Below, piece after piece: positions 47,501 through 55,861 of a stretch of DNA of 64,000 nucleotides. A program made the position numbers and the translations under genes. Each line of letters starts with the position of its first letter. Within the stretch, counting starts at the first letter, position 1. Origin of the DNA: a virus; IMG/VR virus record IMGVR_UViG_3300017963_000200, positions 74,639 to 138,638 of that record; one strand, 5' to 3'. The notes under the pieces were generated by a model. The model did no database searches. It was not told the origin of the DNA and was given only the letters and a program-made list of their open reading frames with translations.

Positions 47501-49250
47501 CGAGAACGTGCAGTTGTCTACGATCAACGGCAACACCTTCGAGCCTCGGACGGTCCCCGGCACGACGCTCTTGACCGGGATCGCCACTCTCGGCGTCTCC
47601 AACATCGCCATCTGCGACAACAAGTTCAACGCCCTTGGCATCGGCGTCTACATCGCGGATTACTTCTATGATGTCGAGATCTTCAACAACAAGTTCTTGG
47701 CCTGTTACCACCGGGGCGTCAAGGTCGAGACCTTGAGCTATCCCGTCCTGAACAGCGTCTACGGCCTTCGGGTCGAAGAGAACGACATGAACATCTTCAT
47801 CAAAGGCGCGGTCGGCGGCAGCGGCTACGACGGCCAGTTGATGGGGGTCGAGATCGATCTGGGGACGCTGGATGTCGCGGATTCTGCGGTGACGGATATC
47901 TCCGTCTCGAACAACAACTTTTTCGGGTTCACCAACTCCACCGGTAACATCCGGGTCGTGCAGGCGCTGGTGAACTCCAACTCCAACACCATCCAGCGGA
48001 ACTTCAAGATCAACGGCAACCTGATGTCGGGAATGAACGCCCCCAACGGCAGCTTCCGGGGCGTGTACGTCTTGGCTTCCACTGCGGGTCAAGCAGGCTA
48101 CCCCATCGAGAACATTTCCGTCAGCCACAACCATATCTATGCGGAAGTCGATACAACTTCGTTCCGGATCGCGGGTCTTGACCTCGCGCACAAGATGACG
48201 GCTTCGGTCATCCAAGGGAACCAGATCCGCCTCATCAGCTCGAACGTGAACAGCAACGGCACCGGTATCTACATCGGCCAGGGCACGAACTCCGCTTCTT
48301 CCAGCGGGGTCGTGGTCGAAGGGAACACGATCACGACCCTTCGCGCCGGCATCTACGCCAATGTCACTTCCTCCAGCGTGATCGGCAACCGGGTCTTCTG
48401 CTTCGGGGAGGGGATCTTCCTGGAGGGCATAGCTCCTCCCAACGAGTCCCATCTGCTCTGCGACGGCAACAATATCCGGGTGCTCGGGCACAACAGCAAC
48501 CCATTCACGAGCGTTGGGGGCGGAGGGGGCTCCCATTGCATCACCGTCAGGACGGAGATGCTGCGCTTCTCGATCACGAACAACATCTGTCATTTGGAAG
48601 GTGTCCTCAATGCTTATCTGCCGGGATCGAAGGGTCTCATCGATGGCAGCAGCTGCATCAAAGTTCGAGACGGCGCTCAGTACGTGATCGAGGGCAACCA
48701 CACCCGGATCGAAGCCGGGGACGTCGAGGGAACGGACGGCAGCGGAGGCACGCGGGCTCACCACATCTACGTCCGGGCCGGAGCTGGCCTTTCCTATCCG
48801 TTCTACGGGGTCACCATCGAGGGCAACCACATCGACAACTGGAGAGCCCTGGGAGTTGCCTCGGTGTGCTACGGAATCTACGTTATTCCGGGCTCTGGGT
48901 GGTCGCACGCTGCCGGAGATGCCGGTCGTGCGGCCATCATCGGCAATCACATCGTCTCCTCCACCTGGGAAGCGGCGACCCCGTTCAACAACGACGCGGT
49001 CAACGGCAATCCTCCGGGGACGACCATTCCACGCCCCTTCGAGATCTACATCCCCGATTTCGGAGGTGACAGCGGCATCTACTCCACCGATATCTTCCTG
49101 GGTGCCAACGCCATCATGTCGCCGGACGACCCGCTCCCAAGACCGCGTGTCTACATGTGGAATCTCCATCTGACCATCGGTACCTGTCAGTCCAACTTGA
49201 CCAACTGGGGCGAGCTGGTCGGCCCCCCCTTCGCGACTCACTTCTGGTAG
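44565..49250 (+). CDS. Tailspike / tail fiber protein (1561 aa) with an extensive right-handed parallel beta-helix (pectate-lyase-like repeats). Possible glycan depolymerase.
   Basis: Dozens of repeats of the type (I/V)xGNx(I/V)...N: IIGNNVVVAANSNYPVINLD, RNNIAILNAG, VIGNRVFCFG, IIGNHIVSS, plus Asn ladders. ATGA overlap with the HNH gene. The GAGGAG RBS lies inside the HNH 3' end. Confidence 0.6.
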   Translation: MRGSIYPDGVVVDHTALRRTETSKSEEILRNRLDWTSRGMYTGGEVTVNTSGAPPYLHIDVAQLSGFAPNGEFLQTASDYYDIALDDETSGVVNLVCAVYTENEIHRQPHESDGETYPTEAEMAWRIRVYSEANYAALPATDDNLANDAKNRMLVVSKVTANGPSTSLTASSIQSPTSYDSILYAEPREFTSIPGIAILGVSSDTPVGDGTLDYTYSVGPTYDFTWTTTNGVGVTLSPTVDGIYNLTDGAGAYLRVQIVISMLPTSGTFPISETVTIHNLYYQDIPRLTAEDELHRHFIGTGVVTPTNPHGTSLNDILEQEFTLLEEHQDIEHCNGIWKGSSPNVFATAVNNASPADQLLITAPVAGDLYYVNGKKLSSVDVTTVVFSTPANQTAYMYEIYVSDEETVQYLQKMSYPASRTVTGTWIIDASHDYPFGSAILEVQVTNTPSLRYIFRWDNGDQVTLLSTNPSQVIRLYAEDGEHWIDLYVNMTPGSGDEFLPGLGTFTDSITIAASLDFDQHIQIASTPYWYDGASATWVMGYPPTTWPGRVTVDKRPWGTLCFENMADTALEQIAWDPNNELGRSGVLLRRNGYNNEFRLDYGGSGLNADINGGSYYCRGRRISIDSVSSLAFSTNSTSLVWADYEGTVRVLNVNALFAGDLTAAMHYILGSMTDVPTKSAIYHATDLHDAPERGVILWYVETDATNIIYNCDFSQNVNQVLHPWSVSSRNVGFYPAQAAYDSLFTAFEYAKVSGLKDPYRDAAVTIYVTGMCGINREITQPPNVNVCGTRGAALTLARVEVVHVDITGAWKLSSGCQISGLTIDMYANNGTVFALHNNTIVEKCNYTAFGTTNDAMFALDNGERTIVGVRIRDNLIATYSGMFLNVAPVPDGYIDWEIIGNNVVVAANSNYPVINLDSASAIHIKRNNIAILNAGSNPTPGIYVQTSGTYQTREIFIEDNVIKADCTSLSNTPTCVYFENVQLSTINGNTFEPRTVPGTTLLTGIATLGVSNIAICDNKFNALGIGVYIADYFYDVEIFNNKFLACYHRGVKVETLSYPVLNSVYGLRVEENDMNIFIKGAVGGSGYDGQLMGVEIDLGTLDVADSAVTDISVSNNNFFGFTNSTGNIRVVQALVNSNSNTIQRNFKINGNLMSGMNAPNGSFRGVYVLASTAGQAGYPIENISVSHNHIYAEVDTTSFRIAGLDLAHKMTASVIQGNQIRLISSNVNSNGTGIYIGQGTNSASSSGVVVEGNTITTLRAGIYANVTSSSVIGNRVFCFGEGIFLEGIAPPNESHLLCDGNNIRVLGHNSNPFTSVGGGGGSHCITVRTEMLRFSITNNICHLEGVLNAYLPGSKGLIDGSSCIKVRDGAQYVIEGNHTRIEAGDVEGTDGSGGTRAHHIYVRAGAGLSYPFYGVTIEGNHIDNWRALGVASVCYGIYVIPGSGWSHAAGDAGRAAIIGNHIVSSTWEAATPFNNDAVNGNPPGTTIPRPFEIYIPDFGGDSGIYSTDIFLGANAIMSPDDPLPRPRVYMWNLHLTIGTCQSNLTNWGELVGPPFATHFW

Positions 49251-49260
49251 TCTTCCCATA

Positions 49261-49290
49261 TTGACAGCCTCTTAGACTCCGTGCTATATG
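49261..49290 (+). promoter_or_regulatory. Sigma-70-like promoter candidate TTGACA-N18-TATATG upstream of the regulator gene.
   Basis: TTGACA at 49261-49266 and TATATG at 49285-49290, in the 89-nt gap after the fiber gene. Confidence 0.35.
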
Positions 49291-49339
49291 GAGAGAGGTA
49301 TTGATCCCTCATTCTGTATATTGAGGGAGGAGGAAGTGG

Positions 49340-49807
49340 ATGGCTCCCCAGACGGATGAAGTTGATCTCATCGAGCTGCGCAGGTTGATGCTCGAAGCGC
49401 TGGAGAAGATGGAAGCCGAGCACCCACGCGTCACCGCCGAGGTGCTTCAGACGTACCTGGAGATGACGACCGGCAAGAAGTACAGTCTATCCCAGCTGGG
49501 CAACAACCTTCGAATCTTGAAGAAGAAACGAATCGTGGAGGATGTCCGGAGCAGAGGTCATCGGTACTGGGCTCTCACCGGCAAGAAGTACTCCGAGGAT
49601 GAAGTAGTGCGCGTCCTGGTAGCTTTTCCGAAGAGGATGCACGACCAAATTGTGGAGTTCTCGAAGTTCGCGAGCTTGTCCAAGACCCAGTTCGTCGTCA
49701 ACATGGTCGGAGTGGGGCTCCGGAGCTTGAGTCCTCTCAAGAGAGAGATGGATTTTCCGGCTGTACCGGAAGTTCCGGAATCGGCGCAAGTTCCGAACAC
49801 TGAATGA
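49340..49807 (+). CDS. Putative transcriptional regulator (155 aa): N-terminal winged-helix-like region plus a C-terminal ribbon-helix-helix-like segment.
   Basis: Strong RBS GGGAGGAGGAAG. LSQLGNNLRILKKKRIVEDVRSRGHRYWALT resembles a wHTH recognition helix and wing. KRMHDQIVEFSKFASLSKTQFVVNMVGVG resembles CopG/RHH. Sits at the boundary between the structural and replication modules. Confidence 0.4.
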   Translation: MAPQTDEVDLIELRRLMLEALEKMEAEHPRVTAEVLQTYLEMTTGKKYSLSQLGNNLRILKKKRIVEDVRSRGHRYWALTGKKYSEDEVVRVLVAFPKRMHDQIVEFSKFASLSKTQFVVNMVGVGLRSLSPLKREMDFPAVPEVPESAQVPNTE

Positions 49808-49839
49808 TCTTGGACCTTTACAGAGAGGAGCTTTTTATA

Positions 49840-49863
49840 TTGACAAGCCTCTAGCGATATAAT
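49840..49863 (+). promoter_or_regulatory. Promoter-like element TTGACA-N12-TATAAT (non-canonical spacer) with the GATATAATAA motif.
   Basis: TTGACA 49840-49845. TATAAT 49858-49863. Same GATATAATAA motif as upstream of the sheath gene. Confidence 0.3.
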
Positions 49864-49885
49864 AAGAACATCGCTGGAGGTCCGT

Positions 49886-51082
49886 ATGCAGCTGTATGGA
49901 AGTCTGGGAAGGATCGAAAATGTAGTTGTCCCGGTTCTGACTGGGATGCTCACACGAGTACGGGAGCACAAGGAGAAGGTCATGGCGGATGATCGTAGGT
50001 ACAAATGTCCTCTCTGCGACTTCGGAGAGAAGGGCGACAAGACCAAGCGCGCAGTCAACATCCATCTGGGGACGGGCCACAAGGACGTCCCGAAGGAAGA
50101 ACGTCCGGCACCTATCGAAGTTGGCGGCGAGTCTCCAGAGATGCCTACGGCTGCGGAACCTGGAACCGAACCTCAACCTCCGACGCAGGAACCCCCGGTT
50201 CCGGAACGGGAGTCCAAGCCCGTTTCTCCGGAAGACGCCCCACAGCCTCCGAGCGCGGCTCCTCCGTTTCCCCCTCCGGACGCCCCACAGCCGCACCCGA
50301 CGAGCATCACGCCGGGATCGGCCCTTCTGCTCAACGGTCCAGCATGGCAACAGAACCCCGCGACCAAGGCGTGGGAGGCTGGTATCGCCGACCAGTTGAC
50401 CGTCCAGGTGCTCAAGAAGGAGTTGTCGACATCGGGGGATGTGGTCCTCATCTGCCGTGCGGAGAAATCCTCGGTTCTGTGGTCCGTCCAGGAGGAACTC
50501 GTTCTGAAGGGGATCGTGAAGCTTCTGTATCTCGCTCCGGGGAAACCTCACATCGAATCGGAGGCCGCGCGCCCGGAAGATGGTCCTCGTAACATCTCGG
50601 ATCCCGAGCACAACTACTTCGAGAAGCAGCGCAAGGCGCAGGAACTGCGGCAACAGCAGGAAGCGGAACGTGAAGATTACGGTACACGTCTCAGGCGCTA
50701 TACCGATGCGAATCGCCGCAAGAAGAGCGCTGAGAAGGAGTTCGAAGCGATCCGCGAGGAGGACTACGAGAAGCTCAAGTCCTATGTCAAGAAGTACGGA
50801 GAGCCTTCGGGACCCGGCAAGGACGACTGGATGATTGTCGATTTCGACTACAAGGCTCACATCGTGCGCCGACCCGGCGACAGCGGAGTCAAGCTCGACA
50901 CGGAAGTCATCGTCCAGTGGCTGCGTGATCACGACATGGAGGAGTGCTTGAACCACACCCTCAACATCACTGCCTGGGAGACGGCCAAGAAGGAGGGGAA
51001 GGTTCCTGCCGACTTTGTTCGTGAAGTCGAGGAGCCTTACAAGGATGCCGACGACTTCCAGTTCCGTATCGATCCTCTCTGA
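49886..51082 (+). CDS. Hypothetical early protein (398 aa; alternative start ATG 49982 gives 366 aa) with an N-terminal C2H2-like zinc finger and a Pro/Gln-rich linker.
   Basis: YKCPLCDFGEKGDKTKRAVNIHLGTGHK is C-x2-C...H-x4-H. Long PEPPQPP linker. Both candidate starts have GGAGG-like RBSs. Confidence 0.5.
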   Translation: MQLYGSLGRIENVVVPVLTGMLTRVREHKEKVMADDRRYKCPLCDFGEKGDKTKRAVNIHLGTGHKDVPKEERPAPIEVGGESPEMPTAAEPGTEPQPPTQEPPVPERESKPVSPEDAPQPPSAAPPFPPPDAPQPHPTSITPGSALLLNGPAWQQNPATKAWEAGIADQLTVQVLKKELSTSGDVVLICRAEKSSVLWSVQEELVLKGIVKLLYLAPGKPHIESEAARPEDGPRNISDPEHNYFEKQRKAQELRQQQEAEREDYGTRLRRYTDANRRKKSAEKEFEAIREEDYEKLKSYVKKYGEPSGPGKDDWMIVDFDYKAHIVRRPGDSGVKLDTEVIVQWLRDHDMEECLNHTLNITAWETAKKEGKVPADFVREVEEPYKDADDFQFRIDPL

Positions 51083-51118
51083 TCTTCCCGAACATTCCAG
51101 TCCAGTAATTTAAGAGGT

Positions 51119-52690
51119 ATGAATGTCGTTCTCCTCATCGACGGGAACCCTCTGCTCTGGCGCGCGGCCTACGCCGGCTACGGAACCGGCGACAGCTCTC
51201 TGGCGAAAGGGGTCTTGAACTACTTCTACTCGATGATTCACAAGTTCCGACCGCAGGACCTCGTGGTGTGCTGGGACAAGGGAATGTCCTGGTGGCGCTC
51301 GCAGCTCTACCCCGATTACAAGGCTCACCGGATGGAGAAGAAACGGGAGAGCGACATCGATCTGGAGATGGTCCAGGAGCAAGCAGGCTACGCCAGGAGG
51401 TACTTCGAGGCCCTCGGGGTGCGTCAGGTCATCTTGCCTGGCGTCGAGGCTGACGACGTCCTCTCGTGGCTCTCAGAGCACTATCTGAAGCGCATCGAGC
51501 ACTTCCCGGATTGGAAGATCGTCATCGCTACCGGGGATCAAGACCTGTGGCAGCTCGTTCGGGAAGATGGGCGCATCCTCATCTGGGATCCTCAGAAGGA
51601 ACTTCTAGTAGATCATTCAAAGGTAGTGGAGGTCCTTGGTGTATCTCCGGAACGCATCCCCGATCTGAAGTCGATGATGGGGGATGCTTCGGACAATTTG
51701 CCGGGGGTGAAGGGGATCGGCCAAAAGATAGGCTCGAAGTTGCTCCGCGAGTACGAGACGTTGGGCAATATCATGAGCCTCGATGAGAACCTCATCAAGG
51801 AACTGAAGAAGCGCAAGACGACGGCGCGGATCCTGGATGCCGATGACGTTCTTGGGGAGACGTACCGTCTTGTGAAGTTGCCCGCTATCCGCGAAGCCGC
51901 GCATTGCCTTTCTTCACAGGACCTGAAGCTTCTTCGAGAGCAGCTCGGGCAACCGCTCGACCGGGATTCCTTCCGACTCCAGGTGATGGCGGAGCGCATC
52001 GGGAAGTCGTGTGCGAACATCGAGCCGTTGGTTCCCACGTCGGCTTCGGATCTGACGGTCATGGTGGATGAAATGGAAGTATATCTATCGAATCAGACCT
52101 GGACCGATCTTCGAGAGGTCGACTGGGCGATCCTCGGATGCAACCAGTGCGCTCTCCGGGCCGACACGGGCGAGAAGGGGCCGACTCTTCCCCAAGGTCA
52201 TCAAGGGGTCGACATCATGCTCGTGGGCCGTAACCCTGGCCAGCAGGAGCTGGAGAACGGTGTTCCGTTCTGGCCGGATGCGCCGGCAGGAGGTCGGCTC
52301 AATCGCTTCTTGGAGGTGGTTGGTCTGGAGCGACACGAGTGCTGGATCACCAACGCGTGCAAGTGCTACTCCCAGGCCAATCGTCCTCCGACATGGCCCG
52401 AGGTTTTGGCGTGCTCGCGGTATCTCCGGGCCGAGATTGACCTCGTCAAGCCCAAGCTTATCATCTGTTTCGGTAACGAGGCGATGAGTCTCGTCACTCC
52501 ATACCGGAGCCGGGTGACGAAGCACTGCGGCGAGATTCTGGACAAACCCCGCAGTGTGATCGGTGACATCGACGCGCTGGTGGCAATCAGCGTACATCCG
52601 TCGGCGGCGTGTCGGGGTGGTCAGGGAGAATCGAACATGCAGTACGCCGAGACTAACGTCAAGGCCCTCCTGGACAAGGTGACCCAATGA
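51119..52690 (+). CDS. Fusion protein: 5'-3' exonuclease (FEN/Pol I N-terminal family, PIN + H3TH) joined to a C-terminal family-4 uracil-DNA-glycosylase-like domain with Fe-S cysteines.
   Basis: N-terminal LLIDGNPLLWRAAYA, YKAHR, EADDVLS and ATGDQDLWQLV match the FEN consensus. H3TH GDASDNLPGVKGIGQKIGSKLL. C-terminal GCNQCALR, GRNPGQQELENGVPFWPDAPAGGRLNRFL (like the GEAPG...PF.G.AG..L motif A of UDG family 4), NACKC, and VHPSAA (motif B, HPS). Confidence 0.75.
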   Translation: MNVVLLIDGNPLLWRAAYAGYGTGDSSLAKGVLNYFYSMIHKFRPQDLVVCWDKGMSWWRSQLYPDYKAHRMEKKRESDIDLEMVQEQAGYARRYFEALGVRQVILPGVEADDVLSWLSEHYLKRIEHFPDWKIVIATGDQDLWQLVREDGRILIWDPQKELLVDHSKVVEVLGVSPERIPDLKSMMGDASDNLPGVKGIGQKIGSKLLREYETLGNIMSLDENLIKELKKRKTTARILDADDVLGETYRLVKLPAIREAAHCLSSQDLKLLREQLGQPLDRDSFRLQVMAERIGKSCANIEPLVPTSASDLTVMVDEMEVYLSNQTWTDLREVDWAILGCNQCALRADTGEKGPTLPQGHQGVDIMLVGRNPGQQELENGVPFWPDAPAGGRLNRFLEVVGLERHECWITNACKCYSQANRPPTWPEVLACSRYLRAEIDLVKPKLIICFGNEAMSLVTPYRSRVTKHCGEILDKPRSVIGDIDALVAISVHPSAACRGGQGESNMQYAETNVKALLDKVTQ

Positions 52691-53634
52691 GCAAGCGTCT
52701 GGAAATCGACCGGAATTCCCCTGGCAACGAAAAGAAGCACTATGACGGCAAGTATCAACCCATCGATTTCATCGAGGACTGGAAGCTGGGCTTCACCGAG
52801 GGCTGCGTGGTCAAGTACGTGTCGCGCCACAAGAAGAAGAACGGCAAGGAGGATGTCAAGAAGACCATCTGGTATCTGAGCGTTCTCAAGGCGCGGTTCC
52901 AGTCGGGGAAGTTCGAGAAGCGCGAGTATCAAGGAGAGATCACGTTCAAGGAGTTCAGCAAAGCGCAGCATCTTGGCATCCTGGAGGACAACATCATCTA
53001 CTGCATGCTCGATGCACTTCGGTATGGGCGCGAGAGCCGGGTTGACGACGCCATCAACTACGCGGTCGACTTGCTGAGATGTTACGAGACGACTGGCGAT
53101 GTGGTCGACCGGGCCTTCGGAGGTGAGGAGCCGGAGAGCTTGAGGCCCAAGGGTTCCGTGACTCGGCAGCCCTTCAAGTTGATCGAGGATCGGATCTTCG
53201 ATGCGAACCCTTCTCCGCGTGGAGCACCCCATCCGAGGCGGTTTCATCTCGACGACGAGCGTGACAGCTATACAGTACGTTTTCAAATCAGCGGTCAGCA
53301 CGGCTACTTCACGGTGGGCACCTACGCGGATGGTACTCCAGGTGAGGTGTTCATCCGTCTTGGCAAAGAGGGTGCAGAATCGCACGGTTTCGCGGACATG
53401 TGGGCCATCGCGGTGTCGATGCTGCTCCAGTACGGAGTCGATCCGAAGAAAATCTATGACAAGTTCAAGTTCCAGCAGTTCGAACCTTCCGGTTTGACCG
53501 GTGTGAAGAAGGTGACCTTCTGCAAGTCGATCCCCGACCTGATCATGAAGTGGATGGAACGCCGGTTGCCACCTACCGGAGGTCCGGAAGACGATGATTA
53601 TGGCGACGCCATCGAGGAGATGATCTCTCAATGA
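52687..53634 (+). CDS. Hypothetical protein (315 aa) with a DUF3310-like N-terminal domain. The C-terminal region distantly resembles the C-terminal segment of class II ribonucleotide reductase but lacks its cysteines.
   Basis: HYDGKYQPIDFIEDWKLGFTEGCVVKYVSRHKKKNGKEDVKKTIWYLSVL fits the DUF3310 pattern (HY...IDxIE...L.F..GN.IKY..R...KNG.EDL.KA.WYL). The C-terminal GTYADGTPGEVFIRLGKEGAESHG...AIAVSMLLQYGV resembles the PFEVF..LGKAGGC...AI.RLIS.ALR.GV block of class II RNR. This is a memory-based comparison. Confidence 0.4.
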   Translation: MSKRLEIDRNSPGNEKKHYDGKYQPIDFIEDWKLGFTEGCVVKYVSRHKKKNGKEDVKKTIWYLSVLKARFQSGKFEKREYQGEITFKEFSKAQHLGILEDNIIYCMLDALRYGRESRVDDAINYAVDLLRCYETTGDVVDRAFGGEEPESLRPKGSVTRQPFKLIEDRIFDANPSPRGAPHPRRFHLDDERDSYTVRFQISGQHGYFTVGTYADGTPGEVFIRLGKEGAESHGFADMWAIAVSMLLQYGVDPKKIYDKFKFQQFEPSGLTGVKKVTFCKSIPDLIMKWMERRLPPTGGPEDDDYGDAIEEMISQ

Positions 53635-54056
53635 GAGTGATCGTCCAGATCGGCTTCCAGAAGGCTGCTGGGAGACGTCGGGAGGGGCAGCTCGTCCAGG
53701 CCTGGGTGAACGACGAGGAATGCTCCTGGAGCGACGGCTGCGGGAAGTACCTCACGTCTCGCGCGGAGTCCGCTCAGGGCGTTCTCTGGTATCTGTGGCA
53801 GGGAGATGTGGGCTCCGACGACACGATCCGCATCGCGGTGAAGACATCTTTGGCCAAGATCGGCACCGACGAGGCGCGAACCTTCGAGACACTCTACTAC
53901 ATGAACCCGGATGCCCCGGTGCGGCAGATCGAGGTGAAGGGAGTGGGTCGTCGAGGCTATCCTCTGCTCAAGGGACGGCTCATCGAGGCAGCACACGTCT
54001 CCGAGAAGGACAAGCGTGAGGCCGAGATCGAGGCCTTTCTGGAGGGGGACTTTTGA
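53631..54056 (+). CDS. Hypothetical protein (141 aa).
   Basis: ATGA overlap upstream. Consistent codon usage. Confidence 0.45.
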   Translation: MRVIVQIGFQKAAGRRREGQLVQAWVNDEECSWSDGCGKYLTSRAESAQGVLWYLWQGDVGSDDTIRIAVKTSLAKIGTDEARTFETLYYMNPDAPVRQIEVKGVGRRGYPLLKGRLIEAAHVSEKDKREAEIEAFLEGDF

Positions 54057-55861
54057 TCGATGTCTTCTTGAGACGCTGGCGCATCTGCGTCCGGCTCGAT
54101 CCGACCCATCCCTACTACCAGCGGGCCTATCTGGTCGTGCGCTCGTTGCTGTCGGCCTACGAGATCGAAGAGAACCTCTGGACCATCAACTTCCACGACA
54201 TGAACCTCCTCCGAGCCCGTTTGGACCAGCTCGGCCTGGTGGAGGGGCGCACCATCACCGATGATGCCTGGGACAGGCTCGCTTATCTGGGTTCTCGGCA
54301 GGTGCGCAACATCGACATCAAGCGGGGGGTCAACAACGATCAGGTTCGGGGTGCCCTCAACGGGAAGCTCAAGTGCGTGCCCTACGAGGACCAGCTACCG
54401 GCCATCTCCTTCGCCGTGAACAATCGGAGAGCCGGGATCTTCGACGAGATGGGGGTGGGGAAGAGCCTTGAGGCGCTCGCGGCTATCGTCGTCCTCGACA
54501 CGTTGGTACGGCGTTCTCTCGTCATCTGTCCTTACACGGCCCAAATTTCCTTCAGACGGGAGGTTGAGAAGCATACCTACCTCAAGGTGGTCCAGGTGCC
54601 TTCGGGGCGTAAGCGGGCGTTCAAGTTCATCCAAGAGCACCAGGAAACCGAGTGGGACCTGATGCTCATCCACCCCGAGAATCTTATCGGAGGGGGCGGG
54701 CGAGGAAACATCTACGGAGACACTACGAAGCTATTGCGTTCGATGCTGTGGGATTTGATCATCGTCGACGAATTCCACATGTATAAGAACCTGACTGCCA
54801 AGCGCACGAAGTGCGTGTTATCCCTCCTGAATGAGTCGAAGGATCGGGCTGGGAAGCGCCCGAGGACCATCTTGCTGACCGGGACTCCCGTTTCGGAGAG
54901 CCCGTTGAACGCTTACGTGGCCCTGAAGGTGTTGACGCAGGGCTATCTGCCCCACATCAATAAGTTCGAGCATCATTTTGTCGTGAAACAGGCGATCAGC
55001 TACGGATCGAAGGGCACTCATGCCAAGGTAGTGGGATATCGCAACCTGGACGAGCTGAAAACGATGATCGAAGCTGTCTCCATCCGGCGCACCAAGGCCG
55101 ACATGCATGGATTTCCGGATCGCGTCTTCATGATCCGGGATGTGGAGCTGTCCGGGAAGCAGCTGGCCCTTTATCGCACGATCTGTGGCGAAATCGTTGC
55201 CGGATTGCCGAAATCCACCGTCATCAACCTGATGCGCTTCTTGTCGAACAACACGACAGTGCTGCGCCTGCGCCAGGTCATGAATCATCCGAATCTTCTC
55301 GATGAAGCTGGCGAATCGGCCAAATATGTCGAAATTGACAACATTCTTGAGGAGATTCTGGCCGATCCGGAGCAGAAGGTCATCCTGTGGACCGAATTTC
55401 GACGCGCAGTTGAGAATCTCTACGAGAGGTACGATCCCATCTACGGCGCGTACCAGATCTACGGCGGCGTCACCAACGAGCAGCTCGAACAGATGGCCTT
55501 CGACTTCGAGAACCGGGACAAGCCTCGCGTGGTCGTCGCCATTCCGGCCAAGGCCGGGACGGGTCTCGATTTCCTGGCTAGGGCGCGCACCGCCATCTAC
55601 GTCGATCGTCCTTACAGCTTCACGCTTTACAAGCAGAGCATCGACCGCATCCACCGCCGGATCACGAGCGGCCAGATGTCGCGGCTGGATACCATTCGGG
55701 CGAAGCCGGCGACGATGATCTTTCTGGATGTCATCAACTCCGTCGACGAGCTGATTCGTGACCGCCTGCACGGAAAGCAGGACCTCGCGGACGCATTGAC
55801 CACTTCGGACGAGAAGTTGGTCGAGCTGGGCCGTGAAGACCTGTTGAGGTACTTGAAATGA
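54053..55861 (+). CDS. SNF2/Rad54-family helicase (602 aa).
   Basis: Motif I GVGKSLEA. Motif II LIIVDEFHMYKN. Motif III LLTGTPVSESPLNAYVALKVL. C-terminal helicase domain with the Gln-Arg motif QSIDRIHRRITSGQ. TTG start overlapping the upstream TGA is inferred. Confidence 0.75.
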   Translation: MIDVFLRRWRICVRLDPTHPYYQRAYLVVRSLLSAYEIEENLWTINFHDMNLLRARLDQLGLVEGRTITDDAWDRLAYLGSRQVRNIDIKRGVNNDQVRGALNGKLKCVPYEDQLPAISFAVNNRRAGIFDEMGVGKSLEALAAIVVLDTLVRRSLVICPYTAQISFRREVEKHTYLKVVQVPSGRKRAFKFIQEHQETEWDLMLIHPENLIGGGGRGNIYGDTTKLLRSMLWDLIIVDEFHMYKNLTAKRTKCVLSLLNESKDRAGKRPRTILLTGTPVSESPLNAYVALKVLTQGYLPHINKFEHHFVVKQAISYGSKGTHAKVVGYRNLDELKTMIEAVSIRRTKADMHGFPDRVFMIRDVELSGKQLALYRTICGEIVAGLPKSTVINLMRFLSNNTTVLRLRQVMNHPNLLDEAGESAKYVEIDNILEEILADPEQKVILWTEFRRAVENLYERYDPIYGAYQIYGGVTNEQLEQMAFDFENRDKPRVVVAIPAKAGTGLDFLARARTAIYVDRPYSFTLYKQSIDRIHRRITSGQMSRLDTIRAKPATMIFLDVINSVDELIRDRLHGKQDLADALTTSDEKLVELGREDLLRYLK

